Made by a program: the position numbers and the translations under genes. A DNA stretch of 62,380 nucleotides from Ignavibacteriales bacterium (GTDB lineage Bacteria > Bacteroidota > Ignavibacteria > UBA10030 > BY39): assembly GCA_037443685.1 (NCBI GenBank), contig JBBINX010000005.1, positions 1-62,380 on the forward strand, in the 5' to 3' direction. The notes under the pieces were generated by a model, which saw only the letters and a program-made list of their open reading frames with translations, was not told where the DNA came from and ran no database searches. Below, piece after piece: positions 27,671 through 39,212 of the stretch. Every line of letters starts with the position of its first letter. Position 1 is the stretch's first letter.

Positions 27671-29767
27671 ATGAAGGAATATACTCCGGACGTTATTCGG
27701 AATGTGGCTCTAATCGGGCACGGAAATTCTGGTAAGACGTCGTTTGCAGAAGCTATGTTGTTCACTGCAGGAACAACAAACAGATTAGGAAAAATAGAAG
27801 ATTCAAATACCGTCTCGGATTTCCAGCCTGACGAGATCGAAAGAAAAATTTCTATCAGCACATCCTTGCTGCACGTCGATTGGAAAAGTGTTAAAATCAA
27901 TGTTTTAGATACACCCGGTTATTCTGATTTTACCGGTGAGGTTAAATGTGGATTGAAAGTTGTTGATACAGCTTTAATATTTTTAAAAGCAGTGGAAGGA
28001 CTCGAAGTCGGTACTGAAACCGTGTGGGGGTACACTAAAGAATTTAATAATCCGGCAGTTTTTCTCGTAAATAAATTAGACAACGAAAACGCCAATTTCG
28101 AAAAGACAGTTCGAGCCGCTCAAGAACGATTCGGACAAGATGTTATTCCCATACAATTTCCGGCAAAACAAGGGCTTGGCTTCGAAGAAATTGTAGATGT
28201 GTTACGAATGAAGCTGTTGAAATATAACCGCGACGGTAAAGGAAAATACATCGAAGCCGAAATTCCTTCTGAATTAAAATCGAAAGCTGATGAATATCGT
28301 TCCTTATTGATCGAAAAAATAGCTGAGACGGATGAAAGTTTACTGAATTTATTTTTTGAAAACGGCTCACTAAACGAGAAAGAAATTAATATCGGACTAA
28401 AGGTTGCGGTTCGTGATCGTAAGATATTTCCATTACTTTGTTGTTCGGCTACACATTTAATTGGGATTGCATCCGTAATGGATTTTATAGCGGAAGTTTG
28501 CCCAAATCCAAAAGATATGGGTGATGTTGCTGGTTTAGTCTCAGGAACAACAAATAGTCAAGTTATTAAACCCGATCCAAATGGGCCACCTGTAATGTTC
28601 GTGTTTAAAACTTTATCAGAATCACATTTAGGAGAATTATCGTTCTTCCGTGTTTATTCCGGAATTGTATCACCCGGTCTCGATATGATTAATCAATCCA
28701 ATGGAAAATTTGAAAGGTTGAGTCAGCTTTATATTCTAAACGGACGTGAAAGGAAAGAGGTTACAAAGCTCTATTGTTGTGATATCGGTGCTGCTGTGAA
28801 GTTGAAAGATACTCATACTAACAACACGTTGACTGCAAAAACATTTCCGGTTGTAATACCCGAAATTAAATTTCCAGAACCGGTAATTAGTATGGCAATC
28901 GTATCTAAAGCAAAAGGGGATGAAGATAAAATAGCGAATGGGTTGCACACATTTCATGCTGAAGACCTAACTTTCTTAGTTAAGGTTGACCCAGAATTGC
29001 GCCAGACAGTAGCTAGCGGACAAGGAGAATTGCATCTTACAATAATTTCAAAAAGATTAAAAGCACGTTATGGGGTAGATGTCGAATTAACCGAACCCAA
29101 AATTCCGTATCGTGAAACTATAAAAGGTGTATGTAAAGAGTCCGAATACAAGCATAAAAAGCAAAGTGGAGGTAGAGGACAATTCGGTCATGTTTTACTG
29201 AAAATTGAACCAAAGCCGCGTGGAGAAGGGTTTGAATTTGAAGATGCCATTGTTGGTGGTGTTGTCCCTGGCAGATTTATCCCCGCAGTCGAAAAGGGTA
29301 TTATCGAGGCAATGGAAAACGGTGTGGTCGCTGGTTACAAGGTAGTTGACGTAAAAGTAACTTTATTCTACGGTTCTTATCATACTGTTGATTCTGATGA
29401 ACATTCGTTTAAAATTGCCGGACGTATGGGCTTCAAAAAAGGTTTTAAAGAGGCAAAACCTACAATATTAGAACCGATTTACGAAATAGAAGTTACTGTC
29501 CCCGAAGACTATATGGGCGATGTTATGGGTGATATCTCCAGCAGAAGAGGTAAGATCCTCGGGATGGAATCAGAAGGACATAATCAAATTATTAAAGCTT
29601 TGGTTCCCCTGAAAGAATTATATCGCTATTCTACAACTCTGAGATCAATGACGCAGGGTCGCGGTATTCACAAACAAAAATTTTCTTACTACGAAGAAGT
29701 ACCCAGAGAAATTCAAGATAAGATTATTTCAGACTACGAAAAGAGCAAAATAGGAGAAGAGGAATAA
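27671..29767 (+). CDS. Elongation factor G paralog (EF-G2-like translational GTPase)
   Basis: G1 as IRNVALIGHGNSGKTSF (EF-G2-type rather than AHVDAGKT), DTPGYSDF, NKLD. Domains III-V are conserved (GELHL, HKKQSGGRGQFG, GSYHTVDS). Confidence 0.9.
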   Translation: MKEYTPDVIRNVALIGHGNSGKTSFAEAMLFTAGTTNRLGKIEDSNTVSDFQPDEIERKISISTSLLHVDWKSVKINVLDTPGYSDFTGEVKCGLKVVDTALIFLKAVEGLEVGTETVWGYTKEFNNPAVFLVNKLDNENANFEKTVRAAQERFGQDVIPIQFPAKQGLGFEEIVDVLRMKLLKYNRDGKGKYIEAEIPSELKSKADEYRSLLIEKIAETDESLLNLFFENGSLNEKEINIGLKVAVRDRKIFPLLCCSATHLIGIASVMDFIAEVCPNPKDMGDVAGLVSGTTNSQVIKPDPNGPPVMFVFKTLSESHLGELSFFRVYSGIVSPGLDMINQSNGKFERLSQLYILNGRERKEVTKLYCCDIGAAVKLKDTHTNNTLTAKTFPVVIPEIKFPEPVISMAIVSKAKGDEDKIANGLHTFHAEDLTFLVKVDPELRQTVASGQGELHLTIISKRLKARYGVDVELTEPKIPYRETIKGVCKESEYKHKKQSGGRGQFGHVLLKIEPKPRGEGFEFEDAIVGGVVPGRFIPAVEKGIIEAMENGVVAGYKVVDVKVTLFYGSYHTVDSDEHSFKIAGRMGFKKGFKEAKPTILEPIYEIEVTVPEDYMGDVMGDISSRRGKILGMESEGHNQIIKALVPLKELYRYSTTLRSMTQGRGIHKQKFSYYEEVPREIQDKIISDYEKSKIGEEE

Positions 29768-29773
29768 CGTATT

Positions 29774-30265
29774 ATGCAAAGGATGTTTTCACCCTGGCGC
29801 TCTAAATATATAGCATCATTTTCAGAAGAACCGTCTAGTGAATGCATCCTTTGTAAAGCATATCAACAAATTTCTGAGAATGAAGACTATGTTGTTACAA
29901 GAGGAAAATGTTGCTATGTAGTTATGAATCTGTATCCATATAATAGCGGACACTTAATGGTAGTCCCTTATCGACATTTCTCAAATTTTACAGACCTAAC
30001 CGATGAGGAGTCTCTGGAAATAATGTCTTTACTTAAAAAGATGTCGTGGGCGTTGGACGAGATATTAAAACCTGACGGATACAATATCGGGTCGAACATC
30101 GGTAGGAGTGCAGGGGCTGGGATAGACGATCATATACATTTTCATATCCTACCGCGGTGGAACGGCGATACTAATTTCATGCCCATACTAGCAGATACTA
30201 AATTGATTTCAGAAGATATCCGGGATACATTGATGAAGTTACGAAAGTTATTAGCTGCTGAATAA
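29774..30265 (+). CDS. HIT-family nucleotide hydrolase/transferase
   Basis: FSPWRSKYI N-terminus, NLYPYNSGHLMVVP, histidine triad DDHIHFHILPRW. Confidence 0.85.
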   Translation: MQRMFSPWRSKYIASFSEEPSSECILCKAYQQISENEDYVVTRGKCCYVVMNLYPYNSGHLMVVPYRHFSNFTDLTDEESLEIMSLLKKMSWALDEILKPDGYNIGSNIGRSAGAGIDDHIHFHILPRWNGDTNFMPILADTKLISEDIRDTLMKLRKLLAAE

Positions 30266-30273
30266 ATCGTTTT

Positions 30274-31410
30274 ATGAATTCCCATCAAATATCATCAAAT
30301 CTATCGTTCGGAAAAGTAGATGCTGAAACTGACGATAAACTATCGGATTGCTTTATTGGAACCGATTTATTGAAGCAAGCTCTGCAACCTCATCATACAT
30401 TGCTTTTAGTGGGGAAGGGTTCTGGTTAACGTGCTATTTTTCGTTTACTATCTCGAGACACTTTTCGCTTGAATAATCTTCTTCAAAATCGATTTGAAGA
30501 AATTTATAGTATTCCAGCATATGGCATCGACAGTGACGAATATCTAACATATGCTGAGATCCAAGAAAGAAATCCACAAACGATTGACGATTTTAAATAT
30601 CTGTGGCAACTTTATTTCGGATTAAAAGTAGCAACCATCATCGCAAATTGTCCGCGTGTGCGTAGTAGGGTTTCCCAAAATAAATCGGATAATACTAAAG
30701 CGTACTTCAAAAGTTTATTAAATATTTTAGGAGATGCCGGACTATATAACACAAGCGAATATTCATCTAAGGTTCAAAAAAAGATAAATGATATATTATC
30801 ATTCTCCAAGCACACAACTGTTACAACAACTGCTGAAAAAGGTAGAATTCTTTCAACAAGTTATTCGGGTAAGTCTGCCTTAAATATTATTTCGTTGATT
30901 GATTTAGTAGATAAAATACTGAAAGAAACTAAGGCTTAACTTGGATATTGGTCGATTAAATCGATCTACTATATTAAGATAATCTTGTTCGAAGAAAAAA
31001 TGCAATCACTGATTTAGTGCAATTATTGATTGACTACAATCCTAGATTTACAAAGATCAACATAAAAGTATTTATGCGAATTGATATTTATAAACAATTG
31101 CAGATTGTTAATAAATCGCACTTTATCAGTTTAACAATAGAGTTAAGATGGAGTGAAAATTTGTTAATAAAAATGTTGGTAATGAGGGCAGCGCCTGAGC
31201 GCATCTTCAAATTATTCTGCTAAGAAATTTCCCCCCAAAAATCTAGATGTTACTCGTACCATTTCTGCGCTCGATGAATTTATATTCCGAATCTTTTATA
31301 CGATTTATGAACAGAATATGAGCAGTAGATTTAATAATGTATCACCAACTCACACGTGGATTACAAATCATATAATTGAAGGCTTAGGAATGCTCTACCC
31401 TGCGAAATAA
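30274..31410 (+). pseudogene. Decayed P-loop NTPase gene (STAND/KAP/defence-ATPase-like) with several in-frame stops and at least two frameshifts
   Basis: MNSHQISSNLSFGKVDAETDDKLSDCFIGTDLLKQALQPHHTLLLVGKGSG*RAIFRLL: a TAA at 30427-30429 sits where the Walker-A Lys is expected. The same frame continues into ORF 30469..30939. Frame 0 then reads WILVD*IDLLY*DNLVRRKNAITDLVQLLIDYN...IKVFMRIDIY...ELRWSE (Walker-B-like). Another frame change at the C6 run (about 31231) leads to a tail ending at 31410. Confidence 0.7.
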
Positions 31411-31788
31411 TACACTTGGGTAACCAGGTGGGTCCAAAAACAAAAATTCGTCAAAAGCATGTTACTCCCCAAACCTTTCCAATACAATTTTAACTAAAGT
31501 TATATCCAGTCACTCGTCTATCTCGACAAAGGAATATCAGGCTTTCAAAAAAGTACGAAATTATGTTGAGTGAAGCATTGTATTTAAAATGTTTAATTGA
31601 CAAATCAATATATAAATTCAAAATATCAATTGAATACCCCAAAGCAGCAGAGAGAGTCTAACATATATATTATTCTAGAAATAATTTCATCACCCAAATT
31701 TTAATAAAAGGGTCTGAACTATCTATGCAAAAATAATTGGCATTTCTTTATCAATATTTATATATTTTTATTAGCAAACGAGTTAAAT

Positions 31789-33462
31789 ATGAAAAGGAAA
31801 ATAATCTACATTTTAATTTTAGTGGCCATCTTATCAATGGTCGTTTATCACATCTTCATAACCGATAGAAAGGTACATATGTTATTGATTAACGGAAACA
31901 TATACACAGGCAACAATACTAATCAGGTTGTGCAAGCGATAGCGATAAAGGGGGGAGAAATAATCGGATTAGGAAGTACGCAGGAGGTTGTACAAAAATA
32001 TAAAAGCGATAACCTTATAGATTTAAAAGGCAAAACAGTCATTCCCGGATTAATAGATTCTCATGCACACATGTTTGGTTTTGGTCAGATGCTAAATTCA
32101 ATTATGTTAGTCGGAATAACTTCGGTCGAAGATATAGCAGAAAAAATTCAAGCTAAAGCAGCAAACACTCCTGCGGGTGAATGGATTTACGGACGCGGCT
32201 GGGATCAAACACTTTGGATTGATAAAAGCTTTCCGACTAAAGATATTCTCGACAAAGCATCTCCAAATAACCCTGTGATATTAGGTAGAATTGACGGACA
32301 CGCTATCTGGGTTAATCAGAAAGCAATGGATGTTGCTGGAATTTCGGACGCAACACCCGATCCTGATGGTGGTAAAATCTTGAAAGACGAAAAAGGTAAC
32401 CCGATAGGCATTTTTATAGATAACGCAACTGACTTGATAAAAAAAGTATTCCCACAACCTTCGGATATTGAAACGGAAAATTGTATTCTTTTAGCACAAA
32501 AAGAATGTATAGAAGCTGGTTTGACAGAAGTCCACGATATGGGATTGAATTCTCAAACCATACGTGTATATAAAAAATTGGCAGACGAAAAGAAACTCCG
32601 ACTTCGTATCTACGGAGCTATCGATGCTCCAAGTGAAACGTGGGCAGAGATGTATCAGAATGGACCGATTATCGGTTATAGCGATGATATGCTAACAATT
32701 CGAGCTGTGAAAATGTACGTAGATGGAGCGCTTGGTTCGAGAGGTGCAGCTCTCATTGAAGATTATTCGGACGATGCAGGTAATCGCGGATTAACAATAT
32801 TGAGTGATAGTGAAATGGAAAAAATTGGTATGCAAGCAATTGATCACGGTTTCCAAGTTTGTACACATGCGATAGGCGACAGGGCGAATCATATTGTTTT
32901 AAATTTGTATGAAAAGCTACTCAATAAAAGTAAAAAAACTGATTTACGTTTACGTATCGAACACGCTCAAGTTCTTACTCTTACCGACATCCCCAGATTC
33001 AAATCCTTAGGTATAATCCCGAGTATGCAACCAATTCACGCTACCTCAGATATGGATTGGGCGGAATCTCGTTTAGGTCCAGATCGGATTAAAGGGGCTT
33101 ATGCTTGGAAATCTTTGATTCAAACGGGAGTAGTCATACCTGCCGGGTCTGATTTTCCGAATGATATTATGCAGCCATTATGGGGATTTTATGCAGAAAT
33201 CACTCGCACCGATCAAAATGGTTACCCCAAGGGTGGTTGGTATTCGCAAGAATGTTTGAGTCGAGATGAAGCTTTAAAATCGTACACTTTGTGGGCTGCT
33301 TATTCATCTTTCCGAGAGAACAAAAAGGGAACTATCGAAATTGGAAAGTATGCCGACCTTACAATCTTATCTAAAGATATATTGAAAATCCCTCCTGAAG
33401 AAATTTTAACAACTGAAATCGAGTTGACAATCATCGATGGCAACATAGTTTTCTCAAAATAA
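31789..33462 (+). CDS. Amidohydrolase-family (YtcJ-like, Amidohydro_3) metal-dependent hydrolase
   Basis: N-terminal TM, PGLIDSHAHM, VKMYVDGALGSRGA, HAIGD, EHAQ, GSDFP. Confidence 0.85.
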   Translation: MKRKIIYILILVAILSMVVYHIFITDRKVHMLLINGNIYTGNNTNQVVQAIAIKGGEIIGLGSTQEVVQKYKSDNLIDLKGKTVIPGLIDSHAHMFGFGQMLNSIMLVGITSVEDIAEKIQAKAANTPAGEWIYGRGWDQTLWIDKSFPTKDILDKASPNNPVILGRIDGHAIWVNQKAMDVAGISDATPDPDGGKILKDEKGNPIGIFIDNATDLIKKVFPQPSDIETENCILLAQKECIEAGLTEVHDMGLNSQTIRVYKKLADEKKLRLRIYGAIDAPSETWAEMYQNGPIIGYSDDMLTIRAVKMYVDGALGSRGAALIEDYSDDAGNRGLTILSDSEMEKIGMQAIDHGFQVCTHAIGDRANHIVLNLYEKLLNKSKKTDLRLRIEHAQVLTLTDIPRFKSLGIIPSMQPIHATSDMDWAESRLGPDRIKGAYAWKSLIQTGVVIPAGSDFPNDIMQPLWGFYAEITRTDQNGYPKGGWYSQECLSRDEALKSYTLWAAYSSFRENKKGTIEIGKYADLTILSKDILKIPPEEILTTEIELTIIDGNIVFSK

Positions 33463-33552
33463 TTTTACTCAATATCGATTATTTGATTATTCGATGTGAA
33501 TTCATTAATTTATCCCATCTATTGTGAATAAAATTTTTAATTTAGAGAAAGT

Positions 33553-36075
33553 ATGTATTATCCATTTAAGGAAATTGAGAAGAAGTGGCAAAAATATTGG
33601 GATGAAAACGAAACATTTAAAGTTAATGAAGATCGACATAAACCCAAGTATTATATCTTAGATATGTTCCCATATCCATCTGGGTCTGGTTTGCACGTCG
33701 GACATCCAGAAGGTTACACTGCTACGGATATCATCACGCGTTACAAAAGAATGAACGGCTTCAACGTATTGCATCCTATGGGGTGGGATGCATTCGGTTT
33801 ACCGGCTGAACGCTATGCGATGCAGACCGGAATACATCCAAGTATCACTACGCAACAAAACATTTCAACATTTAAACGCCAGATAAAAATGTTAGGGTTA
33901 TCTTACGATTGGACGCGCGAAGTTAATACAACTGACCCCCAATATTACAAATGGACGCAATGGATATTTTTACAAATCTATAATTCGTGGTTCGATAGGA
34001 AAAGTAACACAGCACGAAACATTTCAGAGCTTCCAATTCCCGTGGGATTATCCGAAAAACAGAAATACGAATTCATATCAAAACATCGCCTTGCATATTT
34101 AGCAGAAATGCCTGTAAACTGGTGTGCGGAGTTAGGAACGGTTTTGGCAAACGAGGAAGTTGGTGAATGGGTGGAAAAAGGATATACCGTCGAACGAAAA
34201 ATGATGCGTCAATGGATGCTTAGAATTACTGAATATGCTGACCGGTTATTACAAGACCTTGATGATTTAGATTGGTCGCACAGTATCAAAGAGATGCAGC
34301 GAAACTGGATTGGGAAATCGGAAGGTGCGGAGATCCAATTTTTTCTAAAAGATTCTCAGGAGGCAATCAGAGTTTATACAACCAGGCCCGATACACTTTT
34401 TGGTGCAACCTACATGGTATTGGCTCCAGAACACAAACTCATAGATAAAATTACAACTATTGAATATATCGAAGATGTCGAAGAATATCGGAATCAAGCA
34501 AAGTTTAAAAGCGATATGGATCGTACGACATTAGAAAAAACAAAAACGGGTGTATTTACAGGTGCATATGCAATCAATCCTGCTACAAAGAATGAAATCC
34601 CCATCTGGGTCGCTGATTATGTATTGATTTCTTACGGTTCTGGAGCAATCATGGCTGTTCCAGGGCATGACCAACGCGATTACGAATATGCTAAAACTTT
34701 TAACTTACCGATTGTTGAAGTAGTATCGGGTGGCGATGTTAGTATCAAAGCTTACGAGGAAGAAGGAATAGCAGTCAACTCTGCAAATGATGAAGTCTCA
34801 ATTAATGGGCTTCCGACGAAGGAAGCAAAAGAAAAGATGGCTTGTTGGTTGGAAGATAAAAAGATTGGCAAGCGGATGATAAATTATAAATTACGCGACT
34901 GGCTTTTTTCGCGTCAACGTTATTGGGGTGAACCTTTCCCGCTCGTTTATGATGAAAATGGAACAGCATTTGCGTTATCCGAAGAAGAGTTACCGGTAGT
35001 TTTACCCGATGCATCATCGTACCAACCGAGCGGGACAGGAGAGTCACCGCTTGCGACCATAGAATCGTGGTTAAATTACTTTGACCCGAAGACTGGAAAA
35101 TGTTACCGGCGTGAGACACATACAATGCCACAATGGGCTGGTTCGTGCTGGTATTACCTTAGGTATATTGATCCCAAAAATGAACAAAATTTTTGTTCAA
35201 AGGAAAAAGAAAAATATTGGATGCCGGTGGATTTATACGTAGGCGGGGCAGAACACGCGGTACTTCACTTGCTCTATTCTCGATTTTGGCACAAAGTTCT
35301 TTACGATTTAGGACATGTAACCACAAAAGAACCGTTTAAACGTCTCGTGAATCAAGGGTTGATTTTAGGTGAAAACGGACAGAAGATGTCAAAATCTTTA
35401 GGGAATGTTGTAAATCCGGATGACGTGGTTAATAGCTATGGCGCCGATTCTCTACGGCTTTTCGAAATGTTCATTGGTCCATTGGAAGATGTAAAACCGT
35501 GGTCAACAAAAGGTGTGGAAGGAGTTTTCAGGTTCTTGAATCGTGTTTGGCGAATGTTTGTTGAGGAAGACGGTTCTTTGAGTAGGTCTATCAAAAATAT
35601 TCCGCTAACTGTTGAACAAGAACGAATTCTTAATCAAACGATTAAAAAAGTAAGTAATGATATAGAGACTTTGAATTTTAACACAGCAATTTCACAGATG
35701 ATGATCTTTGTAAACGAATTTTCAGGTTTAGCTGAAAGACCAAAATCAGCACTCGAAATTTTTATTAAGTTATTATCACCTTTCGCACCGCATATCGCAG
35801 AGGAGATCTGGCAGAAATTTGGAAACAATCGAACGCTTGCATTTGAAAATTGGCCCCAATATAATGAAGAAAAAACCAAAGATACTACTATCGAGATGGT
35901 AGTGCAAGTTAACGGAAAAATAAGAGCTCGTTTACAAATCCCAACGGATATGGAAGTGGAGTTCGTAAAAAACTTGGTGTTTGAAAATGAATCTGTTAAA
36001 AAATATCTTGAAGGTAAATACATCGCAAAGACGATTTTTGTAAAAAATAAGCTTTTTAATATCGTAGTTAAATAG
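33553..36075 (+). CDS. leuS: Leucine--tRNA ligase
   Basis: [20 protein letters not shown] (HIGH), KMSKSLGN (KMSKS), typical length. Confidence 0.97.
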   Translation: MYYPFKEIEKKWQKYWDENETFKVNEDRHKPKYYILDMFPYPSGSGLHVGHPEGYTATDIITRYKRMNGFNVLHPMGWDAFGLPAERYAMQTGIHPSITTQQNISTFKRQIKMLGLSYDWTREVNTTDPQYYKWTQWIFLQIYNSWFDRKSNTARNISELPIPVGLSEKQKYEFISKHRLAYLAEMPVNWCAELGTVLANEEVGEWVEKGYTVERKMMRQWMLRITEYADRLLQDLDDLDWSHSIKEMQRNWIGKSEGAEIQFFLKDSQEAIRVYTTRPDTLFGATYMVLAPEHKLIDKITTIEYIEDVEEYRNQAKFKSDMDRTTLEKTKTGVFTGAYAINPATKNEIPIWVADYVLISYGSGAIMAVPGHDQRDYEYAKTFNLPIVEVVSGGDVSIKAYEEEGIAVNSANDEVSINGLPTKEAKEKMACWLEDKKIGKRMINYKLRDWLFSRQRYWGEPFPLVYDENGTAFALSEEELPVVLPDASSYQPSGTGESPLATIESWLNYFDPKTGKCYRRETHTMPQWAGSCWYYLRYIDPKNEQNFCSKEKEKYWMPVDLYVGGAEHAVLHLLYSRFWHKVLYDLGHVTTKEPFKRLVNQGLILGENGQKMSKSLGNVVNPDDVVNSYGADSLRLFEMFIGPLEDVKPWSTKGVEGVFRFLNRVWRMFVEEDGSLSRSIKNIPLTVEQERILNQTIKKVSNDIETLNFNTAISQMMIFVNEFSGLAERPKSALEIFIKLLSPFAPHIAEEIWQKFGNNRTLAFENWPQYNEEKTKDTTIEMVVQVNGKIRARLQIPTDMEVEFVKNLVFENESVKKYLEGKYIAKTIFVKNKLFNIVVK

Positions 36076-36888
36076 ATGAAACCCGATGCTACGTTAATAA
36101 TATCGGTCTATAATAAAGTACGTGAACTCGAATTAGTTTTAGCAGGTGTAAACCGGCAAACGTATAAAAATTTCGATATAATAATTGCTGACGATGGATC
36201 AGGGTTCGAAATGAAGCATTTTATCGAAAATTACAAAAATAAATTTCAAAATGAATTCAAGCATATTTGGCACGAAGATAAAGGTTTCCGGAAAAATAGA
36301 ATCTTGAATGAAGCTATAAAATCATCAGATTCCGATTATTTAATTTTTATAGATGGCGATTGTATTCCACATAAAAGTTTTATTCAGGCACATACTGAGG
36401 AGAGAGAAAATAAATGTGTTCTTTGTGGAAGCCGGGTTATGTTAAGTGAAAGTTATTCAACGGCGATTTCAACTGATTTTGTTCAAATGGGAAAATTGGA
36501 ACGAATAGATTTCAGATTGTTAGCTGATGCGATTCGGGGAAAAGCATCAAGATTGGAAGAGAGCATTAAAAGCGGTTTTCTAAAAAAAATTAATCAAAGA
36601 AAAATTAGTAGAATATTAGGTTCAAATTATTCTATCGAAAAGTCGTTGTTAAAAGAGATTAATGGTCTCGATGAAAGATACGAGGGACCCGGATTAGGAG
36701 AGGACTCTGATATTGAATTTAGGTTGGGTTTGCTCGGGGTAAAATTCAAATCGGTAAGGAATTATGCAATCTTATATCATTTATACCATCAAAAAACAGT
36801 AGAATTAGCTGAAAATTGGAAAATTTTTAACGAAACAAAACGTGCTAATTTACCAGTATGTACTAATGGTTTAGAAAAAATTACCTGA
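36076..36888 (+). CDS. Family-2 glycosyltransferase
   Basis: LIISVYNK...NFDIIIADDGS...FIDGDCIP. The ATG abuts the leuS stop. Confidence 0.8.
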   Translation: MKPDATLIISVYNKVRELELVLAGVNRQTYKNFDIIIADDGSGFEMKHFIENYKNKFQNEFKHIWHEDKGFRKNRILNEAIKSSDSDYLIFIDGDCIPHKSFIQAHTEERENKCVLCGSRVMLSESYSTAISTDFVQMGKLERIDFRLLADAIRGKASRLEESIKSGFLKKINQRKISRILGSNYSIEKSLLKEINGLDERYEGPGLGEDSDIEFRLGLLGVKFKSVRNYAILYHLYHQKTVELAENWKIFNETKRANLPVCTNGLEKIT

Positions 36889-36896
36889 TCAATTGA

Positions 36897-38123
36897 ATGA
36901 AAATTTTCTCATTAATAACAAGCAACTTCAGTCAAACTGAAAACAGGTTCGATAAATTAATACTTACTTTTATCTTACTCTTTATTCTGAGTTCCAACTA
37001 TTCTATTGCGATTTCACAAATAACATACTTTTCGGGTTTAGCATTGTGGCTCGGTAAAATGTTGTATGAAAAAAAATCGAACTTAAAATCCACTCCATAT
37101 GATTGGTACTTTTTAGCTTTCATCGGTGCTGAGCTAATATCAACTTTACTTTCGCACGACCCAATGCAGTCTTTGTATTATCTTCACAAGCGGGTTGTAA
37201 TAATTCCGATAATCTACTTGATGGCAGTTTGGTTAAATTCACGCAACCGGTTGACTATTGGAGTTTTTATGCTAATTTTTGGGGCATTCGTTTTATCTAT
37301 ATACGGAGTTGTAAAAGTATTTGTCTATTTCGATGAATTCATCCATTACAAACGTCGTCTTGATTTATTCCAGTTTTCAATGACCACCAGCGAATTGTTT
37401 ATGATTGCTGCCGCATTAGTTCTTCCATTTATTTTGCATAAAAACACCCCAAAGAACTACCGCATATTAGGAATGATTGCACTAATTCCTATCTTTATCA
37501 GTTTTCTATTTACATTTCAACGTGGTCCTTGGATAGGACTATTTTTTGCGATTTTAGTAATTACATTAAAAAGATCAAATCTATTTCTTTATATTATTAT
37601 CGGTCTGGCAATTTTGATTATAAGCATTTCGCCGGCAGAACTTCAGAACCGGGTTTTCAGTATATTCGATTCGACTGAAGAGTCAAACCAACATAGGTTA
37701 AATCAGTGGCAAACCGGCTGGCGAATATTTTTAGATAATCCGGTTTTTGGAGTGGGGGATATTGGAACGGAGGAGTTCTTTCCCAAATACGGAAAGCCGG
37801 GAGAAAGCTCTTTTGGTCATCTGCACAGTAATGTAATAACCATAGGTGTAAAACTTGGTGTAGTAGGTTTGTTTATTTTCTTAATTTTATTTATAAAAAT
37901 ATTTCTTGTCTTTTGGAAAATCGTCAATAAACTCAAAGATGACTGGTTAATAAATTCCACTGCGTTGGGTGGTGCAGCAGCGCTGATTGCTTTTCACGTC
38001 AGTGGATTATTTGAATTTAGTTTTGGCGATACAGAAGTAATAATGTATTTGTGGATAGTTTGTGGGTTCGCAACGGCTGCCAAAATTATATCTGACAAAG
38101 AGAATAAAATTGTCAAGGATTAA
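36897..38123 (+). CDS. O-antigen ligase / Wzy_C-family polytopic membrane protein
   Basis: About 10 TM, a FTFQRGPWIG loop, a periplasmic loop with GVGDIG..., and a GH.HSN motif. Confidence 0.7.
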   Translation: MKIFSLITSNFSQTENRFDKLILTFILLFILSSNYSIAISQITYFSGLALWLGKMLYEKKSNLKSTPYDWYFLAFIGAELISTLLSHDPMQSLYYLHKRVVIIPIIYLMAVWLNSRNRLTIGVFMLIFGAFVLSIYGVVKVFVYFDEFIHYKRRLDLFQFSMTTSELFMIAAALVLPFILHKNTPKNYRILGMIALIPIFISFLFTFQRGPWIGLFFAILVITLKRSNLFLYIIIGLAILIISISPAELQNRVFSIFDSTEESNQHRLNQWQTGWRIFLDNPVFGVGDIGTEEFFPKYGKPGESSFGHLHSNVITIGVKLGVVGLFIFLILFIKIFLVFWKIVNKLKDDWLINSTALGGAAALIAFHVSGLFEFSFGDTEVIMYLWIVCGFATAAKIISDKENKIVKD

Positions 38124-38127
38124 TATA

Positions 38128-38892
38128 TTGTCTCAAAAACTTACTGTCATAATTATTACTCTTAACGAGGAACAGAATATATCAGAATGCCTTAGCGGTG
38201 TAATGTGGGCAGATGAGATTATCGTGGCGGATTCATTCAGCACGGATAAAACCGTTGAAATAGCTAAAACTTTTACTGACAAAGTTATTCAATTTGAATG
38301 GAAAGGTTATTCAGCTGCGAAAAATTATGCGTTACAGCTTGCCCAAAACAATTGGGTTTTATCATTAGATGCAGATGAGCGGGTTACGCCGGAATTATCT
38401 ATTGAAATTCAATCTATTCTCGAATCAGCCGGCGGAAGTTTTGATGGATACGAAATTGCCCGTCGTGCATATTTTCTTGGGAAATGGATAAAACACTGTG
38501 GGTGGTATCCGGGGTATACAACACGACTTTTCAAAAAAAATATGGGCAGTTTTAACAGTTCACTTGTTCACGAACGCTTGGATCTCAAAGGTAAACTGGG
38601 CAGGTTAAAGAATGATCTGCTTCATTATACGGATCGAAATATTTTTCAATATTTTGAGAAATTTAACAGATACACAACACTCGCAGCAGGTGAAATGGCG
38701 GGAAAAGGAAAAAAGTTCAGAATTACAGATCTAATATTTAGACCACTTTTTACGTTTGGCAAGATGTATTTTATTCGTAGCGGTTGGTTAGATGGATTAC
38801 ACGGTTTAATTTTATCGGTGTTCTCAGCGACATATGTTTTTACTAAATACGCTAAATTATGGGAATTGAAAATTAATAAAAAACAGGATTAA
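38128..38892 (+). CDS. Family-2 glycosyltransferase (LPS-core type)
   Basis: LTVIIITLNEEQNISECL....ADEIIVADSFSTDKT...SLDADERV. The ORF-track start at 38062 overlaps the previous gene by 62 nt. An in-frame TTG at 38128 follows that gene's stop directly. Confidence 0.75.
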   Translation: MSQKLTVIIITLNEEQNISECLSGVMWADEIIVADSFSTDKTVEIAKTFTDKVIQFEWKGYSAAKNYALQLAQNNWVLSLDADERVTPELSIEIQSILESAGGSFDGYEIARRAYFLGKWIKHCGWYPGYTTRLFKKNMGSFNSSLVHERLDLKGKLGRLKNDLLHYTDRNIFQYFEKFNRYTTLAAGEMAGKGKKFRITDLIFRPLFTFGKMYFIRSGWLDGLHGLILSVFSATYVFTKYAKLWELKINKKQD

Positions 38893-38913
38893 TATTTAAT
38901 AGTAGAGGTAAAT

Positions 38914-39198
38914 ATGGACCAATTAGAAAAAAACGAATTATTATTAACTCATATTGTGCTAATGTTTCAAACCGCAGCTTTGCAACAAATGGGAAAATTA
39001 AAAAATCCTCTCACTGACAAAGTTGAACGAAACCTGGAGCAAGCCCAAGTATCTATAGACATTTTGGAAATACTACACAAAAAGATGAAAGGTAACCTTA
39101 CCGACAACGAAGAGAGAATGTTTGTCGAAGTATTAAAGGACTTAAGACTCAATTATGTTGATGAAGTAACAAAAGCACAGAACGACAAACCCCAATAA
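38914..39198 (+). CDS. DUF1844-like small protein
   Basis: LLLTHIVLMFQTAALQQMGKLKNPLTDKVERNLEQAQVSIDILEIL matches my recollection of DUF1844. Confidence 0.5.
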   Translation: MDQLEKNELLLTHIVLMFQTAALQQMGKLKNPLTDKVERNLEQAQVSIDILEILHKKMKGNLTDNEERMFVEVLKDLRLNYVDEVTKAQNDKPQ

Positions 39199-39212
39199 CA
39201 TTCGGAGGATTT

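Noticed and set aside
31411-31788. Possible small gene or RNA in the AT-rich stretch after the P-loop pseudogene
   Set aside because: No ORF with a plausible start or Shine-Dalgarno sequence, no convincing hairpin or terminator, and no recognisable RNA motif. It is most simply decayed remnant DNA plus the promoter region of the amidohydrolase gene.
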